Notes: generated by a model not told the origin, from the sequence alone. A stretch of 64,000 nucleotides of DNA from a bacterium (GCA_963617485.1 CAVEPA010000002.1:111163-175162), one strand, 5' to 3'. Counted from the stretch's first letter, positions 1 through 11,086 are shown. Numbers and translations: made by a program.

Positions 1-1152
1 CGTTTTCTTGATGCCGACCGAACCGAAATACAAGGCGATGATGTAGAAGGTGGTGTCGGCAGCTCCCTGGAAGAGGCACGACAGTCGGCCGGCAAAGGAG
101 TCGGGTCCGAATTCACGCATAGCTTCAACCATCATGGCACGGGCACCGCTACCGCTCAGCGGTTTCATAAAGGCTGTAGGCAAAGCATCGACAAAGCGGG
201 TGTCGATGTTCAAGGCGTTGAAGCACCAGGCGATGCCGTCGGTGAGCAGGTCCATAGCTCCCGAAGCGCGCAGTACACCGATACCCACCAACATCCCCAC
301 CAGATAGGGTACTATTTTGATACAGGTCTCGAAACCGCCTTTGGCACCATCAATAAAGGCTTCATAGACATTGATTCTCTTGTAAAGTCCGCCCACCATA
401 AAGGCCGTGATAATGCCCAGCAGCAGACTGTTGCTCAAGATGCCGGAAGCCCGGTTCATGCTTTCTTTGTCCATAGAGGCAAACCAGATGACCAAGGCTG
501 TTATCACCGCCAGAATACCGCCCATCCAGCCGATAACTGTCTTGTTCCACAAGTTGAGTTTCTGTTTGATTCCCACATAGATAATGGCCGTGAGCGTAGA
601 AACGAAGGTGGCGATAAGAATGGGGATGAAAACGTCGGTAGGGTTGGCGGCACCCAGAATGGAGCGTTGCGCAATAATGGACAAAGGAATGATGGTAATG
701 CTCGAGGTGTTGAGTGCCAGAAACATAATCTGAGCGTTAGAGGCAGTGTCTTTGTTGGGATTCAGCTCCTGCATGCTCTGCATGGCCTTCAGACCCATGG
801 GCGTTGCGGCATTGTCGAGCCCCAGCATGTTGGCCGAGAAATTCATCACCAGTTCCCCGTTGACGCGATGGTTTTTGGGCAGTTCGGGAAAAAGCTTTTC
901 GAAAAACGGACCGACGATGCGGGCCAGCAGGTTCACCGCACCGGCGCGTTCCCCGATTTTCATGAATCCCATCCACAGCGTCATGATACCTACAAGCGGC
1001 AGGCAGATATCCATCACGGCGTATTTGGCCATATCGAAGCTGCTAGAAATGACTCTTTCAAAAACACTGGCATCGCCAAAGAAGATGCATTGCACCAAAG
1101 CTACGATGAAAGCGACAATAAAGAAGCCTACCCAAATATAATTCAGTACCAT
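1..1152 (-). CDS. Nucleoside-recognition (Gate) domain inner-membrane protein, SpmA/SpmB-like. The C-terminus lies beyond the window edge.
   Basis: Absent from the ORF track because it has no in-window stop. Hand translation of the minus strand from the ATG at 1152-1150 gives an open 384-codon frame: MVLNYIWVGFFIVAFIVALV...NFSANMLGLDNAATPMGLKAM...FMKPLSGSGARAMM. The product is polytopic. Plus-strand ORFs 667-1185 and 746-1141 are its shadows. Confidence 0.7.
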   Translation of the reverse strand, partial: MVLNYIWVGFFIVAFIVALVQCIFFGDASVFERVISSSFDMAKYAVMDICLPLVGIMTLWMGFMKIGERAGAVNLLARIVGPFFEKLFPELPKNHRVNGELVMNFSANMLGLDNAATPMGLKAMQSMQELNPNKDTASNAQIMFLALNTSSITIIPLSIIAQRSILGAANPTDVFIPILIATFVSTLTAIIYVGIKQKLNLWNKTVIGWMGGILAVITALVIWFASMDKESMNRASGILSNSLLLGIITAFMVGGLYKRINVYEAFIDGAKGGFETCIKIVPYLVGMLVGIGVLRASGAMDLLTDGIAWCFNALNIDTRFVDALPTAFMKPLSGSGARAMMVEAMREFGPDSFAGRLSCLFQGAADTTFYIIALYFGSVGIKKT

Positions 1153-1158
1153 GGCGAA

Positions 1159-2625
1159 TCAGTTCTTGATTTTATAGGACGATAGATCTTTCTTGTAGAC
1201 CGTCAGCAGGAAGATGCCCAATAATACAGTCCGGGCCAGTAGGCGCAAGACCAGATTGTCGATGGGAAGCCACATGCCGATGACGAATAGAACTAGGCTG
1301 AGCAAGGTGTAAAAACCAGCCGATTTGATATCGTAGTGGATGGGGTAGTACTTCTGTCCCAGCAGCCAGCTAACGAGGGTCATGACAAAGAAACAGCCCA
1401 GCGATGTCCAAGCAGCGGCAACATAGCCGTAGCGTGGCACGAAAACGATGTTGCCCAAAACAGTCAACACACAGCCAATCAGCGAGATATAAGCACCCCA
1501 TTGCGTACGGTCACTCAGCTTGTACCACAGCGACAGATTAAAGTAGATGCCTTGTAGCAGGTAGCAGACCAGCACGATGGGCACCACCACCAGACCCTCG
1601 TGATAAGTGCTGGAAATGATGTACTTCAGAATATCAATGTAGAACATCACGCCCAGAAAGATAAACCAGGCGAAGATGATATAGTATTTCATGGCTTCCA
1701 CATACGAGGCCCTGCGGTCTTCCCCCTGATTGCGGGCAAAAATAAAGGGTTCGTATGCATAGCGAAAGGCCTGGGTGAACATCATCATAATGATGGCTAT
1801 CTTGTAGCAAGCTCCGTAAATGCCCAATTGACTTTGGGCCAGGGCTTGATCATCGAACAGATGTTTGAAGATGATTTTGTCGAAAGACTGGTTCATGATA
1901 CCTGCAATGCCCAGCACCAGCAGCGGCAGCGAGTAAGACAACATCTTGCGCCACAAGCTCTTGTTGAAACCTCCTTTCACTCTGCAAACCGGAAGCAGGG
2001 CAATAAAGGTGACGGCCGTCGAGAATACATTCGACAAAAAAACGTAACCTACGCCGAAATCTGGACGGTAAAACCAAGAAATAAGTTCGGGTCTGACAGC
2101 CTGAATTTTGGGGCATATCCACAGGAAAAACAGATTCATGACGATATTGACCCCAATGGAAAGCAACTTTAGGCCGGCAAACTTCATGGCCTTGTTCTGA
2201 TAGCGAAGGTAGGCGAAGGGAATGCAGCAGAAGGCGTCAACAGCAACAATTCCTATCATCATGCCTACGAATTCAGGGTGCTGGCTATAGCCCATGAATC
2301 CGGCAATTTGCGGCAAAAACAGCCAGCCCAGCACGATAAACAGCGACGAGGTTCCTGCTAGGCTGATAAGGCTGGTGGAGTAGACTTGTTTGGCGTTTTC
2401 ACCGGCTTTGTTCACAAAGCGGAAGAAGCCCGTTTCCATGCCGTAGGTCAAGATGACGATAACCAGTGCCGTCCAGCTGTACAGTTCGGTAACCATGCCG
2501 TACTCGCCCGATTCGCGGAGCGTGTAGGTGTAAAAAGGAACCAGACACCAGTTCAGAAAACGTCCGATGATGCTGCTCAGTCCGTAAATGGCTGTGTCTT
2601 TGAATAAAGATTTGATGCTTGCCAT
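1159..2625 (-). CDS. MOP-superfamily polysaccharide/oligosaccharide flippase (Wzx-like polysaccharide biosynthesis protein)
   Basis: 488 aa and highly hydrophobic, with multiple TM segments. The N-terminus is MASIKSLFKDTAIYGLSSIIGRFLNW. The stop lies 7 nt upstream of the next gene's start. Confidence 0.7.
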   Translation of the reverse strand: MASIKSLFKDTAIYGLSSIIGRFLNWCLVPFYTYTLRESGEYGMVTELYSWTALVIVILTYGMETGFFRFVNKAGENAKQVYSTSLISLAGTSSLFIVLGWLFLPQIAGFMGYSQHPEFVGMMIGIVAVDAFCCIPFAYLRYQNKAMKFAGLKLLSIGVNIVMNLFFLWICPKIQAVRPELISWFYRPDFGVGYVFLSNVFSTAVTFIALLPVCRVKGGFNKSLWRKMLSYSLPLLVLGIAGIMNQSFDKIIFKHLFDDQALAQSQLGIYGACYKIAIIMMMFTQAFRYAYEPFIFARNQGEDRRASYVEAMKYYIIFAWFIFLGVMFYIDILKYIISSTYHEGLVVVPIVLVCYLLQGIYFNLSLWYKLSDRTQWGAYISLIGCVLTVLGNIVFVPRYGYVAAAWTSLGCFFVMTLVSWLLGQKYYPIHYDIKSAGFYTLLSLVLFVIGMWLPIDNLVLRLLARTVLLGIFLLTVYKKDLSSYKIKN

Positions 2626-2649
2626 ATAATGTGATGATGCTATCGTCTG

Positions 2650-3672
2650 TTAAAACAGTTCCAGGTCTTTGCCCATCGGCGTGCGGCCAAGGTGCTTCCA
2701 GGCCAGTTCCGTCACTTCACGGCCACGCGGTGTGCGCTTGATGAAGCCTTCTTGAATAAGGAAAGGCTCATACACATCCTCCAAAGTACCCGGGTCTTCG
2801 CCCAAAGCCGTAGCAATGGTGGTAAGACCAACCGGTCCGCCCTTGAACTTGTCGATGATGGTCAGCAATATCTTGTTGTCGATTTCGTCCAAACCATAGG
2901 TGTCGATGTTGAGTGCCGACAAGGCGAAACGTGCGATTTCCAGCGTGATACGGCCGTTGCCTTTCACCTGTGCGAAATCCCTTACGCGGCGCAACAATGC
3001 GTTGGCGACACGTGGCGTACCCCTGCTGCGGCGGGCTATTTCGATGGCAGCTTCCAGGTCGCAGGGAAGCTGCAGCAACCGGGCCGAACGCAGGACAATG
3101 TCCTTCAAAATGTCGCTTTCGTAGTAATCCAGGTGGCAATTGATGCCGAAGCGGGCTCGGAGCGGTGCGGTAAGCATGCCGCTGCGGGTGGTGGCTCCAA
3201 TCAGGGTGAAGGGGTTCAAGTCCAAACGGATAGAACGTGCGGCCGGACCTTTGTCTATCATAATGTCGATGCGGAAATCTTCCATGGCCGAGTAGAGGTA
3301 CTCTTCCACTACAGGGTTTAGGCGGTGAATTTCATCGATGAAAAGCACATCGTGTGGCTCAAGCGAGGTCAGCAGACCGGCCAAGTCGCCAGGTTTATCC
3401 AGCACTGGTCCAGAAGTAATCTTGAAGCCTACGCCCAGTTCGTTGGCGATGATGTTGGAAAGTGTGGTTTTGCCCAATCCTGGAGGGCCGTGCAGCAGTA
3501 CGTGGTCCATAGGCTCTTCGCGCAGCTTGGCGGCAGAGACGAAAATCTCCAGGTTCTCCACTATCTTTTTCTGACCGCTGAAATCGGAAAAACGCAAGGG
3601 GCGCAGGGCCTTTTCGATTTCCCGTTCGCTTTCGTTAAGATACTGGTTCCTAATATCGAATTGATTGTCCAT
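2650..3672 (-). CDS. ruvB: Holliday junction branch migration DNA helicase RuvB
   Basis: 340 aa with Walker A ([14 protein letters not shown]) and Walker B ([10 protein letters not shown]), and full-length RuvB-like sequence. Confidence 0.97.
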   Translation of the reverse strand: MDNQFDIRNQYLNESEREIEKALRPLRFSDFSGQKKIVENLEIFVSAAKLREEPMDHVLLHGPPGLGKTTLSNIIANELGVGFKITSGPVLDKPGDLAGLLTSLEPHDVLFIDEIHRLNPVVEEYLYSAMEDFRIDIMIDKGPAARSIRLDLNPFTLIGATTRSGMLTAPLRARFGINCHLDYYESDILKDIVLRSARLLQLPCDLEAAIEIARRSRGTPRVANALLRRVRDFAQVKGNGRITLEIARFALSALNIDTYGLDEIDNKILLTIIDKFKGGPVGLTTIATALGEDPGTLEDVYEPFLIQEGFIKRTPRGREVTELAWKHLGRTPMGKDLELF

Positions 3673-3703
3673 AAGAGAGACTGCTTGTCAAATATTAAAC
3701 CTT

Positions 3704-3711
3704 CAAAGGTA
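3704..3711 (-). promoter_or_regulatory. Bacteroidetes-type -7 promoter element (TACCTTTG) for ruvB
   Basis: Plus-strand caaaggta reverse-complements to TACCTTTG, 32 nt upstream of the ruvB ATG. Confidence 0.5.
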
Positions 3712-3745
3712 ATATCCGAACAAGCTTTTTGCAATAGCGTTTTAT

Positions 3746-3778
3746 CAAAAAAACGGGCGGGGAACAGACCCCGCCCGT
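3746..3778 (-). terminator. Intrinsic terminator downstream of the pectate lyase gene
   Basis: A perfect 10-bp GC-rich stem (ACGGGCGGGG / CCCCGCCCGT) with a 6-nt loop. On the minus strand it is followed by a T7 run (plus-strand A-run 3747-3753). Confidence 0.8.
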
Positions 3779-3804
3779 CAGACGAAAAAGCGATGAAAAC
3801 TCAG

Positions 3805-5343
3805 TTAGAAGCTGATTTCATCGATATTATTGCCCAAATTCCGGTAGTCCTTGTATTCGTTAGGATCGGTACCGTTCAAATATTCTTCCAGATTGGTATA
3901 ACCATCCTTGTCGTTGTCGAGCTTGCCATCGGCAGGATTTTTGGGGTCGAGGCCGTGCTGCTTTTCCCAAACGTCGGGCATACCGTCCTTGTCGCTGTCT
4001 TTCAGTACCTCTTTGGCCTTGAAAGTCATTTCGGGATAACCACCCACCTCGGCAATATCCTTGATGATACCGGTTTCGGTGAGCGTTTTGCCGCTGCGTA
4101 CCATTTCAACCACGCGGGCATCGACGGCATCGCGCTTGGGCAGGGTGGCACCTGCATGAGCCAGCACCGATTCGAAAGCTTCGTAAGCCGTTTGGTGCGG
4201 GTCCACTGGCCAGCCTTCGAAGGGTGTGTTGACGCGAGCCAGTTTCTCGTTGCCGCGCATGCCTTTCCAGTTTTCGTTGGTCACTTCCTGATTGTCGTGC
4301 ATGACGTTGCCGGCCACATACCATTTGCCGGGGCGATTAGCGGGATTGGCCTGAGTATCGTACCAGTCGCCTGCAGCCCAGGCGCTGCCCGGAGAATACA
4401 TGTGGCGCTCCTCGATGCGTGCGAAAACGGCGCGCATATTGTCGTTGGTGGCAGGTCCGGGTTTGTAGTAGTTGTTGATGACGTTAATCAGCGAAGTTTC
4501 ATCGCCTCCGTCCATGGTGCGGTGACGCCAGTTGAAGATGACGTTGTTGCGAAAATCGAAGGCTCCGCCCATACCGATGGAAGGATTGCGTGCTGTGTTG
4601 CAGGCAAAGAGGTTGTGGTGCTGGGTGGAAGGATTACCGCCCCAAGTGCCGCCGAAAGCGTGGTTTCTGGCATTCAGCGCTTCGCTGGAGATAGTCCATT
4701 GTATGGTGATGAACTTGGCCGGATCCTTGATTTGGGTCTTGCCGTCAAGCGAAGGTCTCATATGACGGTAGAGCGAAATGTTTTCGTCCATACCCCAGCT
4801 GGTGGAACAATGGTCGATGATGATGTGATGGTCGGGATTACCGCCGATGTTGTCGTCGCCCTGGCCGCCTTGCGGAACACCACGGCGCACGCGGATATGG
4901 CGCACAATAACATCGTGCGTGTTGATGTTGAAAGTACCGGCAATGCAGATACCGTCGCCGGGAGCCGTTTGTCCGGCAACCGTGATGTAGGGCGAATTGA
5001 TGTTCAGGTCGGTGTCCAGTTTGATGATACCGGCTACTTGGAAAACAACAGTACGGGGACCGTCTGCCTCTAGCGCTTCGCGAAGGCTACCGGGACCTTT
5101 GTCGTTCAAGTTGGTGACAATATAGACATCGCCGCCGCGACCGCCTTGGGTAAACATACCGGCACCCCAAGCACCGGGAAATGCGGGGATAACGCCTTCA
5201 GGCAATCTAGGAGGATGAGGAGGAATCTGTCCGGGTTCCGGCACGACGCTTTCGCTTTCGGCCACCTGGGCATTTGTCATTGCCGACATTAAAATGGCGA
5301 TGGAAAGGGCAAAATACTTCAGTGTTGAATGGAAACTTTTCAT
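3805..5343 (-). CDS. Secreted pectate lyase, polysaccharide lyase family 1, with C-terminal thrombospondin-type-3-like Ca-binding repeats
   Basis: Signal peptide MKSFHSTLKYFALSIAILMSAMTNAQ. PL1-like blocks are YIVTNLNDKGPGSLREAL, ITVAGQTAPGDGI and IIIDHCSTSWGMDE. The tail is DSDKDGMPDVWE...DNDKDGYTNLEEY. Confidence 0.85.
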   Translation of the reverse strand: MKSFHSTLKYFALSIAILMSAMTNAQVAESESVVPEPGQIPPHPPRLPEGVIPAFPGAWGAGMFTQGGRGGDVYIVTNLNDKGPGSLREALEADGPRTVVFQVAGIIKLDTDLNINSPYITVAGQTAPGDGICIAGTFNINTHDVIVRHIRVRRGVPQGGQGDDNIGGNPDHHIIIDHCSTSWGMDENISLYRHMRPSLDGKTQIKDPAKFITIQWTISSEALNARNHAFGGTWGGNPSTQHHNLFACNTARNPSIGMGGAFDFRNNVIFNWRHRTMDGGDETSLINVINNYYKPGPATNDNMRAVFARIEERHMYSPGSAWAAGDWYDTQANPANRPGKWYVAGNVMHDNQEVTNENWKGMRGNEKLARVNTPFEGWPVDPHQTAYEAFESVLAHAGATLPKRDAVDARVVEMVRSGKTLTETGIIKDIAEVGGYPEMTFKAKEVLKDSDKDGMPDVWEKQHGLDPKNPADGKLDNDKDGYTNLEEYLNGTDPNEYKDYRNLGNNIDEISF

Positions 5344-5427
5344 AAAAGATATAGTTAAACAGTTAGTAGTTGTCTTCTGGCAAAGAAAAAGAAAATGCCT
5401 TGTACGGGAAAGGCAACAAAGACTAAA

Positions 5428-5892
5428 CTATGTTAAGGAGTCCAAGAGTTCGCGGCAGGTTTTGTGCAATTGCGGATGACGGAAGTCGGGGGCTATTTCT
5501 GCCAGCGGACGCAACACAAACTCACGTTGCTGCAACAGCGGGTGGGGAATGCAAAGGTCCGGCTCGGACAACACCAGTTGGTCGTAAAACAGAATGTCAA
5601 TGTCGATAAGGCGGTCTTGATACGCTCCGTTTTGGCTTTTGTGCGTCCTCCCCAACTGCCGTTCGATGGCTTGGGTCTTTTGCAGACATTCGTGTACATC
5701 CAGCGGGGTTTCCACGGCAATGCAGTCGTTCAGAAATTCGTTGTCGGAGGTATAACCCCAAGCCTTGGTCGTATAAAAAGCCGATTGGACCAGCACGTGT
5801 CCAACCGACTTTTCAATAAGTTGTATGGCCTGTTGAAGGTTGGCCTGCCTATTACCCAGGTTGCTGCCTAAGCCTAGAAAGAGCCGGGCCAT
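5428..5892 (-). CDS. folK: 2-amino-4-hydroxy-6-hydroxymethyldihydropteridine diphosphokinase (HPPK)
   Basis: 154 aa with LGLGSNLGNR...ERQLGR...RLIDIDIL...IPHP...REFVLRPLAEIAP. Confidence 0.9.
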   Translation of the reverse strand: MARLFLGLGSNLGNRQANLQQAIQLIEKSVGHVLVQSAFYTTKAWGYTSDNEFLNDCIAVETPLDVHECLQKTQAIERQLGRTHKSQNGAYQDRLIDIDILFYDQLVLSEPDLCIPHPLLQQREFVLRPLAEIAPDFRHPQLHKTCRELLDSLT

Positions 5893-5893
5893 A

Positions 5894-6946
5894 TCAGTCG
5901 ATAATCAGCAGCGCATCGCCGTAACAACCGAAATTATAGCCCTCCTGCAGTGCGACATCGTAGGCATGCATCACGTTCTCGTATCCGCCGAAAGCCGTGG
6001 TCATCATCAGTAGTGTGGAGTAGGGCATGTGGAAATTGGTTACCAGAGCATCGGGCACACTGAATTCGTAAGGCGGGAAAATGAACTTGTTGGTCCAGCC
6101 GTCGAAAGCCTTCACATGACCATATCCTCCCACCGACGATTCTACTGCGCGGGCAACGGAAGTGCCAATGGTACAAATCTTGCGTCCGGCATCTTTGGTG
6201 GCGTTGATTTTGGCGGCATTCTCCGCTGTGATGAACATTTGCTCGGAATCCATCTTGTGCTTGGTAAGGTCTTCTACGTCGATTTCGCGAAAGCCGCCCA
6301 AGCTGATATGCAAGGTAATATAGGCATCTTCAACCCCTTTGATTTCCATACGCTTCATCAGTTCACGGCTGAAGTGAAGGTTGGCTGAAGGAGCAACCAC
6401 GGCACCTTCGTTGCGGGCAAAGATGGTTTGAAAATTCTCGGCATCCTCTTCGCAGACCGGACGCTTGATATAACGTGGAATAGGCGTTTCGCCCAAAGCA
6501 AACAGCGCCTGCTTGAACGTTTCGTGGTCGCCATCGTAGAGGAAACGCAAGGTGCGGCCTCGTGAGGTGGTATTGTCGATGACTTCGGCCACCATGGAAT
6601 CGTCTTCTCCGAAATACAGCTTGTTTCCGATACGGATTTTGCGGGCAGGGTCAACCAGCACATCCCACAGGCGGAACTCCTCATTCAGCTCGCGCAGGAG
6701 GAACACTTCAATCTGAGCTCCGGTCTTTTCCTTGTTGCCGTACAGACGTGCCGGAAAAACTTTGGTGTCGTTGAAGACAAAAAGGTCGCCTTCATCGAAA
6801 TATTCCAGAATGTTCTTGAAAACTCTGTGCTCAATTTCACCGGTCTTTTTGTGGAGAACCATCATCTTGGCTTCGTCACGGTAAGTGGCGGGCTGCTGTG
6901 CAATGCGCTCTTCGGGCAAATTGAATTTGAATTTAGACAGTTTCAT
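5894..6946 (-). CDS. queA: S-adenosylmethionine:tRNA ribosyltransferase-isomerase
   Basis: 350 aa starting [19 protein letters not shown]. Contains [10 protein letters not shown], and the C-terminus is [10 protein letters not shown]. Confidence 0.95.
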   Translation of the reverse strand: MKLSKFKFNLPEERIAQQPATYRDEAKMMVLHKKTGEIEHRVFKNILEYFDEGDLFVFNDTKVFPARLYGNKEKTGAQIEVFLLRELNEEFRLWDVLVDPARKIRIGNKLYFGEDDSMVAEVIDNTTSRGRTLRFLYDGDHETFKQALFALGETPIPRYIKRPVCEEDAENFQTIFARNEGAVVAPSANLHFSRELMKRMEIKGVEDAYITLHISLGGFREIDVEDLTKHKMDSEQMFITAENAAKINATKDAGRKICTIGTSVARAVESSVGGYGHVKAFDGWTNKFIFPPYEFSVPDALVTNFHMPYSTLLMMTTAFGGYENVMHAYDVALQEGYNFGCYGDALLIID

Positions 6947-7667
6947 AAGGGCGTTGTATAAGTTCGTTTTTGAATTTCACAATGTCGAGACACTGCTCCA
7001 CGCGGACATCTCCCACACGCGTACGTTGTAAGGACGTCAGGTAGGCGCCACAGTGCAGGTCTTCACCGATGTCGCGGGCCAGAGCCCGTATGTAAGTGCC
7101 CTTGCTGCATACCACGCGAATGGTAGCCAAAGGCCGTTGCTGCTCGTTTCCATCGACAAAATCGAGCAATTCTATCTCGTCTATCACCAGCGTCTTGGGC
7201 TTGAGGTTCACCTCCTCGCCGTCACGCGCCATATCATAGGCTCGTCTGCCTTGTATCTTGCAGGCCGAGAAAACCGGCGGCACTTGCTCGATGCAGCCCA
7301 CAAAATGCTTGAGCGCTTCTTCCACCTTGGCCTCCGTTATATGCGAATAGTCGTAGGTTTTGTCTATGGGCTTTTCCATATCGTAAGAAGGCGTGGTGGC
7401 ACCCAATTCCAGCGTGGCGATATATTCTTTGGTCTGGTATTGAAACTCCTCAATGCGCTTGGTGGCGCGTCCTGTGCAGATAATCATCACTCCCGTGGCC
7501 AAAGGGTCGAGCGTACCGGCATGCCCAACCTTGAGCTTCTTTATCTTAAGGCCTCGGCAAAGGGCGTAACGCACATCGTTCACCAACTTGAAGGAGGTGA
7601 AACCCAATGGTTTGTTGAAATACAGTATCTGACCTTCCTGATACTCTTCGGCCGAGAGGATATGCAT
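6933..7667 (-). CDS. truB: tRNA pseudouridine(55) synthase
   Basis: 244 aa with the [15 protein letters not shown] catalytic Asp motif. It overlaps the queA start by 14 nt. Confidence 0.93.
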   Translation of the reverse strand: MHILSAEEYQEGQILYFNKPLGFTSFKLVNDVRYALCRGLKIKKLKVGHAGTLDPLATGVMIICTGRATKRIEEFQYQTKEYIATLELGATTPSYDMEKPIDKTYDYSHITEAKVEEALKHFVGCIEQVPPVFSACKIQGRRAYDMARDGEEVNLKPKTLVIDEIELLDFVDGNEQQRPLATIRVVCSKGTYIRALARDIGEDLHCGAYLTSLQRTRVGDVRVEQCLDIVKFKNELIQRPYETV

Positions 7668-7670
7668 GGT

Positions 7671-8468
7671 TTAAAACAAGGGTAAAACGATGGCCAAAAT
7701 GCCGGCGCAGGCGCAATAGATGGCAAACCAGATGAGCTTGCCTTTTTTCACGATATTCAGCATCCATTTGCAAGCCAGACAACCCGACACGAAAGCCGTG
7801 ATGAATCCGGCTGCCAAGGCACCGAAAGACAGTCCGTTCTGTGAAGCGGCAGCAAAGTCACCGCCGACGATATTGAGGAACATCTCTCCTAGAATGGGGA
7901 TGATGACCATGATGAACGAAAACTGGGCGATGTTTTCCTTTTTATTGCCCAAAAGCAGGCCCGTGGCGATGGTGGTGCCGGAACGAGACAAGCCGGGCAG
8001 CACGGCGCAAGCCTGGGACAATCCGATAATGAAGGCATCACGCCAGGAGATTTTTTCTTTGGTGCGAGGCTTGGCAATATAGGTGAATCCCAGCAGTACG
8101 GCCGTGAGCAAAAGCATACAACCGACCAGCAGCAGGCCGTTTCCGAAGAAACTCTCCACATAGTCCTTGAAGAACAATCCCACAATAAGGATGGGTATCA
8201 TCGAAACAAAAATCTTCATCAGATACTCCATTTCATCGTTCCATTTGAAACGGAAGAAATTCTTGATGAGGCCCCAAATCTCCTTCCACAGGATGACGAT
8301 GGTACTCAAGACCGTGGCGGCATGTACCGTAGTGGTGAAGAGCAGGTTTTCCTCGCCGGCTGTGCCGAGGATGTAGTTCCCGATTTCGAGATGTCCGCTG
8401 CTGCTGACGGGCAGATATTCAGTGAGTCCCTGTACCAGCCCAAGGATGATGGCTTCCCAAATAGACAT
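7671..8468 (-). CDS. uppP: Undecaprenyl-diphosphate phosphatase
   Basis: 265 aa, polytopic, with [14 protein letters not shown] and [10 protein letters not shown] motifs. Confidence 0.93.
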   Translation of the reverse strand: MSIWEAIILGLVQGLTEYLPVSSSGHLEIGNYILGTAGEENLLFTTTVHAATVLSTIVILWKEIWGLIKNFFRFKWNDEMEYLMKIFVSMIPILIVGLFFKDYVESFFGNGLLLVGCMLLLTAVLLGFTYIAKPRTKEKISWRDAFIIGLSQACAVLPGLSRSGTTIATGLLLGNKKENIAQFSFIMVIIPILGEMFLNIVGGDFAAASQNGLSFGALAAGFITAFVSGCLACKWMLNIVKKGKLIWFAIYCACAGILAIVLPLF

Positions 8469-8483
8469 AGAAATTCGTTTTGA

Positions 8484-8711
8484 TTATTTGTTGCGGTTTT
8501 TCCGTAAAATGCCGTAGACAACTACTGCAAAGCCCACGAAGGCCACTGCGGGAGCTATCACGATACGGCGTACACTGAAAATATCGGGGTTGTATGCCTC
8601 TTTGGTGGAAGGCGCTCCCATCATCAGCAGAAAGCCGATAACGACTAGGGCAAAACCTATGCCAATCCACAGAAGATTCTTTCCGCCTAAGGCAAAATTC
8701 TTGTTTTCCAT
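8484..8711 (-). CDS. Small 2-TM membrane protein (DUF3098-like), in the usual Bacteroidetes position between ftsX and uppP
   Basis: 75 aa with two hydrophobic helices. It is tightly packed in the operon. Confidence 0.6.
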   Translation of the reverse strand: MENKNFALGGKNLLWIGIGFALVVIGFLLMMGAPSTKEAYNPDIFSVRRIVIAPAVAFVGFAVVVYGILRKNRNK

Positions 8712-8714
8712 ATT

Positions 8715-9593
8715 TTACACATAATAAAGTTCATCAACAGACATATTCAGAAAGCGGTTCACGGAGAAAACCGTGGCGATGGCACTGAGGAAAATGCCCA
8801 GCACCAGCAAAGCGCCCCCAATCAGTAGCATAACTTCCGTTCCCACCATGGCTTGCAGACCAGGGAATATCTTCTCGATACTTACGATGGAAAGGTAATA
8901 AAGCCCGAACGCCAGAATGGCGCTGACAATACCGCAACGGATGTTTTGCCACACAAAGGGACGGCGGATGAAACTCCGTTTGGCTCCCACCAGACACATG
9001 GTATGGATAAGGAAGCGCTTGGCATAAATCATAAGGCGTACCGTGTTGCGGATAAGCAGTACCGATATCAAGGTCAGCACCACAGCAACCACCAGCAGCA
9101 CTTTCCCGATGGAAAGGATATTTTTGTTGACAAGCTGGATGAGGTCCTCGCGATATACTACCTCCTGAACATATCTGGGAGCCGACAAGGTATTCACCGT
9201 CTTTTTTATCTGGTCGATACTGGTGTAGCCACTCTTGAGCTTGATTTCGATGGTAGCGGGTAGCGGATTGTAGCCCAGCAGGTCTTCGGGACTTTCGCCC
9301 AACTCCTGACTTAGCTCTTTAAGCGCCTGTTCCTTGCTGATGTAAGTGTGTTCTTTGGCCCATTCCGATTGGGAAATCCGTTTGCGGAAAGCTCTGAGTT
9401 CCTCGGCACTGATTTTGTCTTCGAGCACCACGGTAAGTGAAATGTTCTCCTTGGCCGAACGGGAAATGTCCTGTGCGAAAAAGGCCAAGGTCATCATGAC
9501 GGCAAAAAGCAACAGCACCAAACTGATGCTGATGGTGGCGGTCAGTCGGGAGCCGAAAACGCGGCTGCTGGTGCGTCGTAGTTTTTTACCCAT
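8715..9593 (-). CDS. ftsX: FtsX-like cell-division permease
   Basis: One N-terminal TM, a periplasmic domain, and three C-terminal TMs. The track start at 9629 is a TTG. The first ATG (MGKKLRR) is at 9593, so the start is uncertain by 12 codons. Confidence 0.8.
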   Translation of the reverse strand: MGKKLRRTSSRVFGSRLTATISISLVLLLFAVMMTLAFFAQDISRSAKENISLTVVLEDKISAEELRAFRKRISQSEWAKEHTYISKEQALKELSQELGESPEDLLGYNPLPATIEIKLKSGYTSIDQIKKTVNTLSAPRYVQEVVYREDLIQLVNKNILSIGKVLLVVAVVLTLISVLLIRNTVRLMIYAKRFLIHTMCLVGAKRSFIRRPFVWQNIRCGIVSAILAFGLYYLSIVSIEKIFPGLQAMVGTEVMLLIGGALLVLGIFLSAIATVFSVNRFLNMSVDELYYV

Positions 9594-9670
9594 GTTTTTC
9601 TGCGCAAGTTTTTCCCAAATTCGGCGCAAAAGTAGTTATAAAAACGCGAAATTGTTACGCAAAACCCTAA

Positions 9671-10999
9671 TTATTTGACGATTTCGCTTTTGACGATTTC
9701 GCCCAGAAGCGTGGCCGAAGAACAGTCCAAAATCTTAACATCGACAAAGTCACCCACCTTGGCCGATTCTTTAGGAAAGACAACCGTCTTGTTTTTCTCG
9801 TTTCTACCGCACATTTGCTCGCGCGAACGCTTGGAAAAACCCTCGACCAGCACCTTGTAAGTCTTGCCGATTTCCTGACGGTTGCTTGCTGCCGACAGCA
9901 GGTTTTGCGTTTCGATGATTTCTGCCAGACGGCGCAGCTTCACTTCTTCGGGAACATCATCGGGCAGATGCTTGGAAGCGTAGGTGCCGGGGCGTTCCGA
10001 ATACTTGAACATGAAGGCCGAGTCGAAGCCGACTTCGCGCATTAGGCTGAGGCTCTGTTGATGGTCTTCTTCCGTTTCGCTGTGGAAACCGCAGAAAATA
10101 TCGGTGGAAATGCCGCAATTGGGAATAATCTCCTTAATGGCCCGGATGCGCCCCAAGTACCATTCGCGGTCGTAGCGACGATTCATCAGTTTGAGAATGC
10201 GCGAACTTCCCGATTGCACCGGCAGATGGATATGGTTGCAGATATTGGGATATTTGGCGATGGTTTCAAGCAATTCGTTACTCATATCCTTGGGATGCGA
10301 AGTGGTGAAGCGTATCCACATGTCGGGAGCGGCTTCAGCCACCATGGCCAGCAGTTCGGGAAAGTCGGTTTCGCCGAAATGGTAAGAGTTGACGTTCTGT
10401 CCCAGCAGGATAACCTCCTTGAATCCTCTGTCCTTGAGGTCCTGCAGCTCTGCCAGTATGCTTTGTGTGTCGCGGCTTCGCTCCCGTCCGCGGGTATAAG
10501 GTACGATGCAATAGCTGCAGAAGTTGTTGCAGCCGCGCATAATGGAAATGTAGCCCGAAATCTGCTGGTGGCCCAGACGCATCGGCACGACATCACGATA
10601 GGTTTCGGTGGTGGATAGCTCGACATTTACCGCTTTTTCGCCCATTTCAACGCTAGAAATCAAATGGGGCAAGTCCATATAGGCATCGGGGCCGGCCACC
10701 AAATCTACTCCGTAGTCTTGGGTGAGTTTTTCCTTGAGACGTTCTGCCATGCACCCCAAAATGCCAATCATCGGGCGGCCTTTTTTCTTCATGGCTGCCA
10801 AGGCTTGCAGGCGGCTGAAGATTTTCTGCTCGGCATTGTCGCGGATGGAACAGGTGTTGAGCAAAATCAGGTCGGCCTGGCTGATGTCGTCGCAAATGTC
10901 GTAGTCGGCCATCTTGAGGATGGAGGCCACCACTTCGCTGTCGGCAACGTTCATCTGGCAACCGTAAGTTTCGATGAAAACGTTCTTGGAGTTGTCCAT
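9671..10999 (-). CDS. miaB: tRNA-i6A37 methylthiotransferase (radical SAM)
   Basis: Contains FIETYGCQMN and the radical-SAM motif CNNFCSYC, plus a TRAM-like C-terminus. The start is set at MDNSKNVF (ATG 10999) because a -7 promoter motif lies inside the 26-codon extension in the track. Confidence 0.93.
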   Translation of the reverse strand: MDNSKNVFIETYGCQMNVADSEVVASILKMADYDICDDISQADLILLNTCSIRDNAEQKIFSRLQALAAMKKKGRPMIGILGCMAERLKEKLTQDYGVDLVAGPDAYMDLPHLISSVEMGEKAVNVELSTTETYRDVVPMRLGHQQISGYISIMRGCNNFCSYCIVPYTRGRERSRDTQSILAELQDLKDRGFKEVILLGQNVNSYHFGETDFPELLAMVAEAAPDMWIRFTTSHPKDMSNELLETIAKYPNICNHIHLPVQSGSSRILKLMNRRYDREWYLGRIRAIKEIIPNCGISTDIFCGFHSETEEDHQQSLSLMREVGFDSAFMFKYSERPGTYASKHLPDDVPEEVKLRRLAEIIETQNLLSAASNRQEIGKTYKVLVEGFSKRSREQMCGRNEKNKTVVFPKESAKVGDFVDVKILDCSSATLLGEIVKSEIVK

Positions 11000-11046
11000 G
11001 GGATGCACTTTTGGAATGGAATGAAAATTTTTTCTGAAAAGTTGGG

Positions 11047-11054
11047 CAAAATTA
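11047..11054 (-). promoter_or_regulatory. -7 promoter element (TAATTTTG) for miaB
   Basis: Plus-strand caaaatta, 48 nt upstream of the ATG at 10999. Confidence 0.45.
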
Positions 11055-11086
11055 ATGGTTTCGATGTAGAAGAACAATAAAAATTA

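Noticed and set aside
5365-5400. A possible weak hairpin (TGCCTT...AAGGCA followed by a T-rich tract on the minus strand) after folK that might act as a terminator.
   Set aside because: The stem is only 6 bp with an 8-nt loop, and the T-tract is interrupted. I could not rule out read-through into the pectate lyase gene, so I did not list it as a feature.
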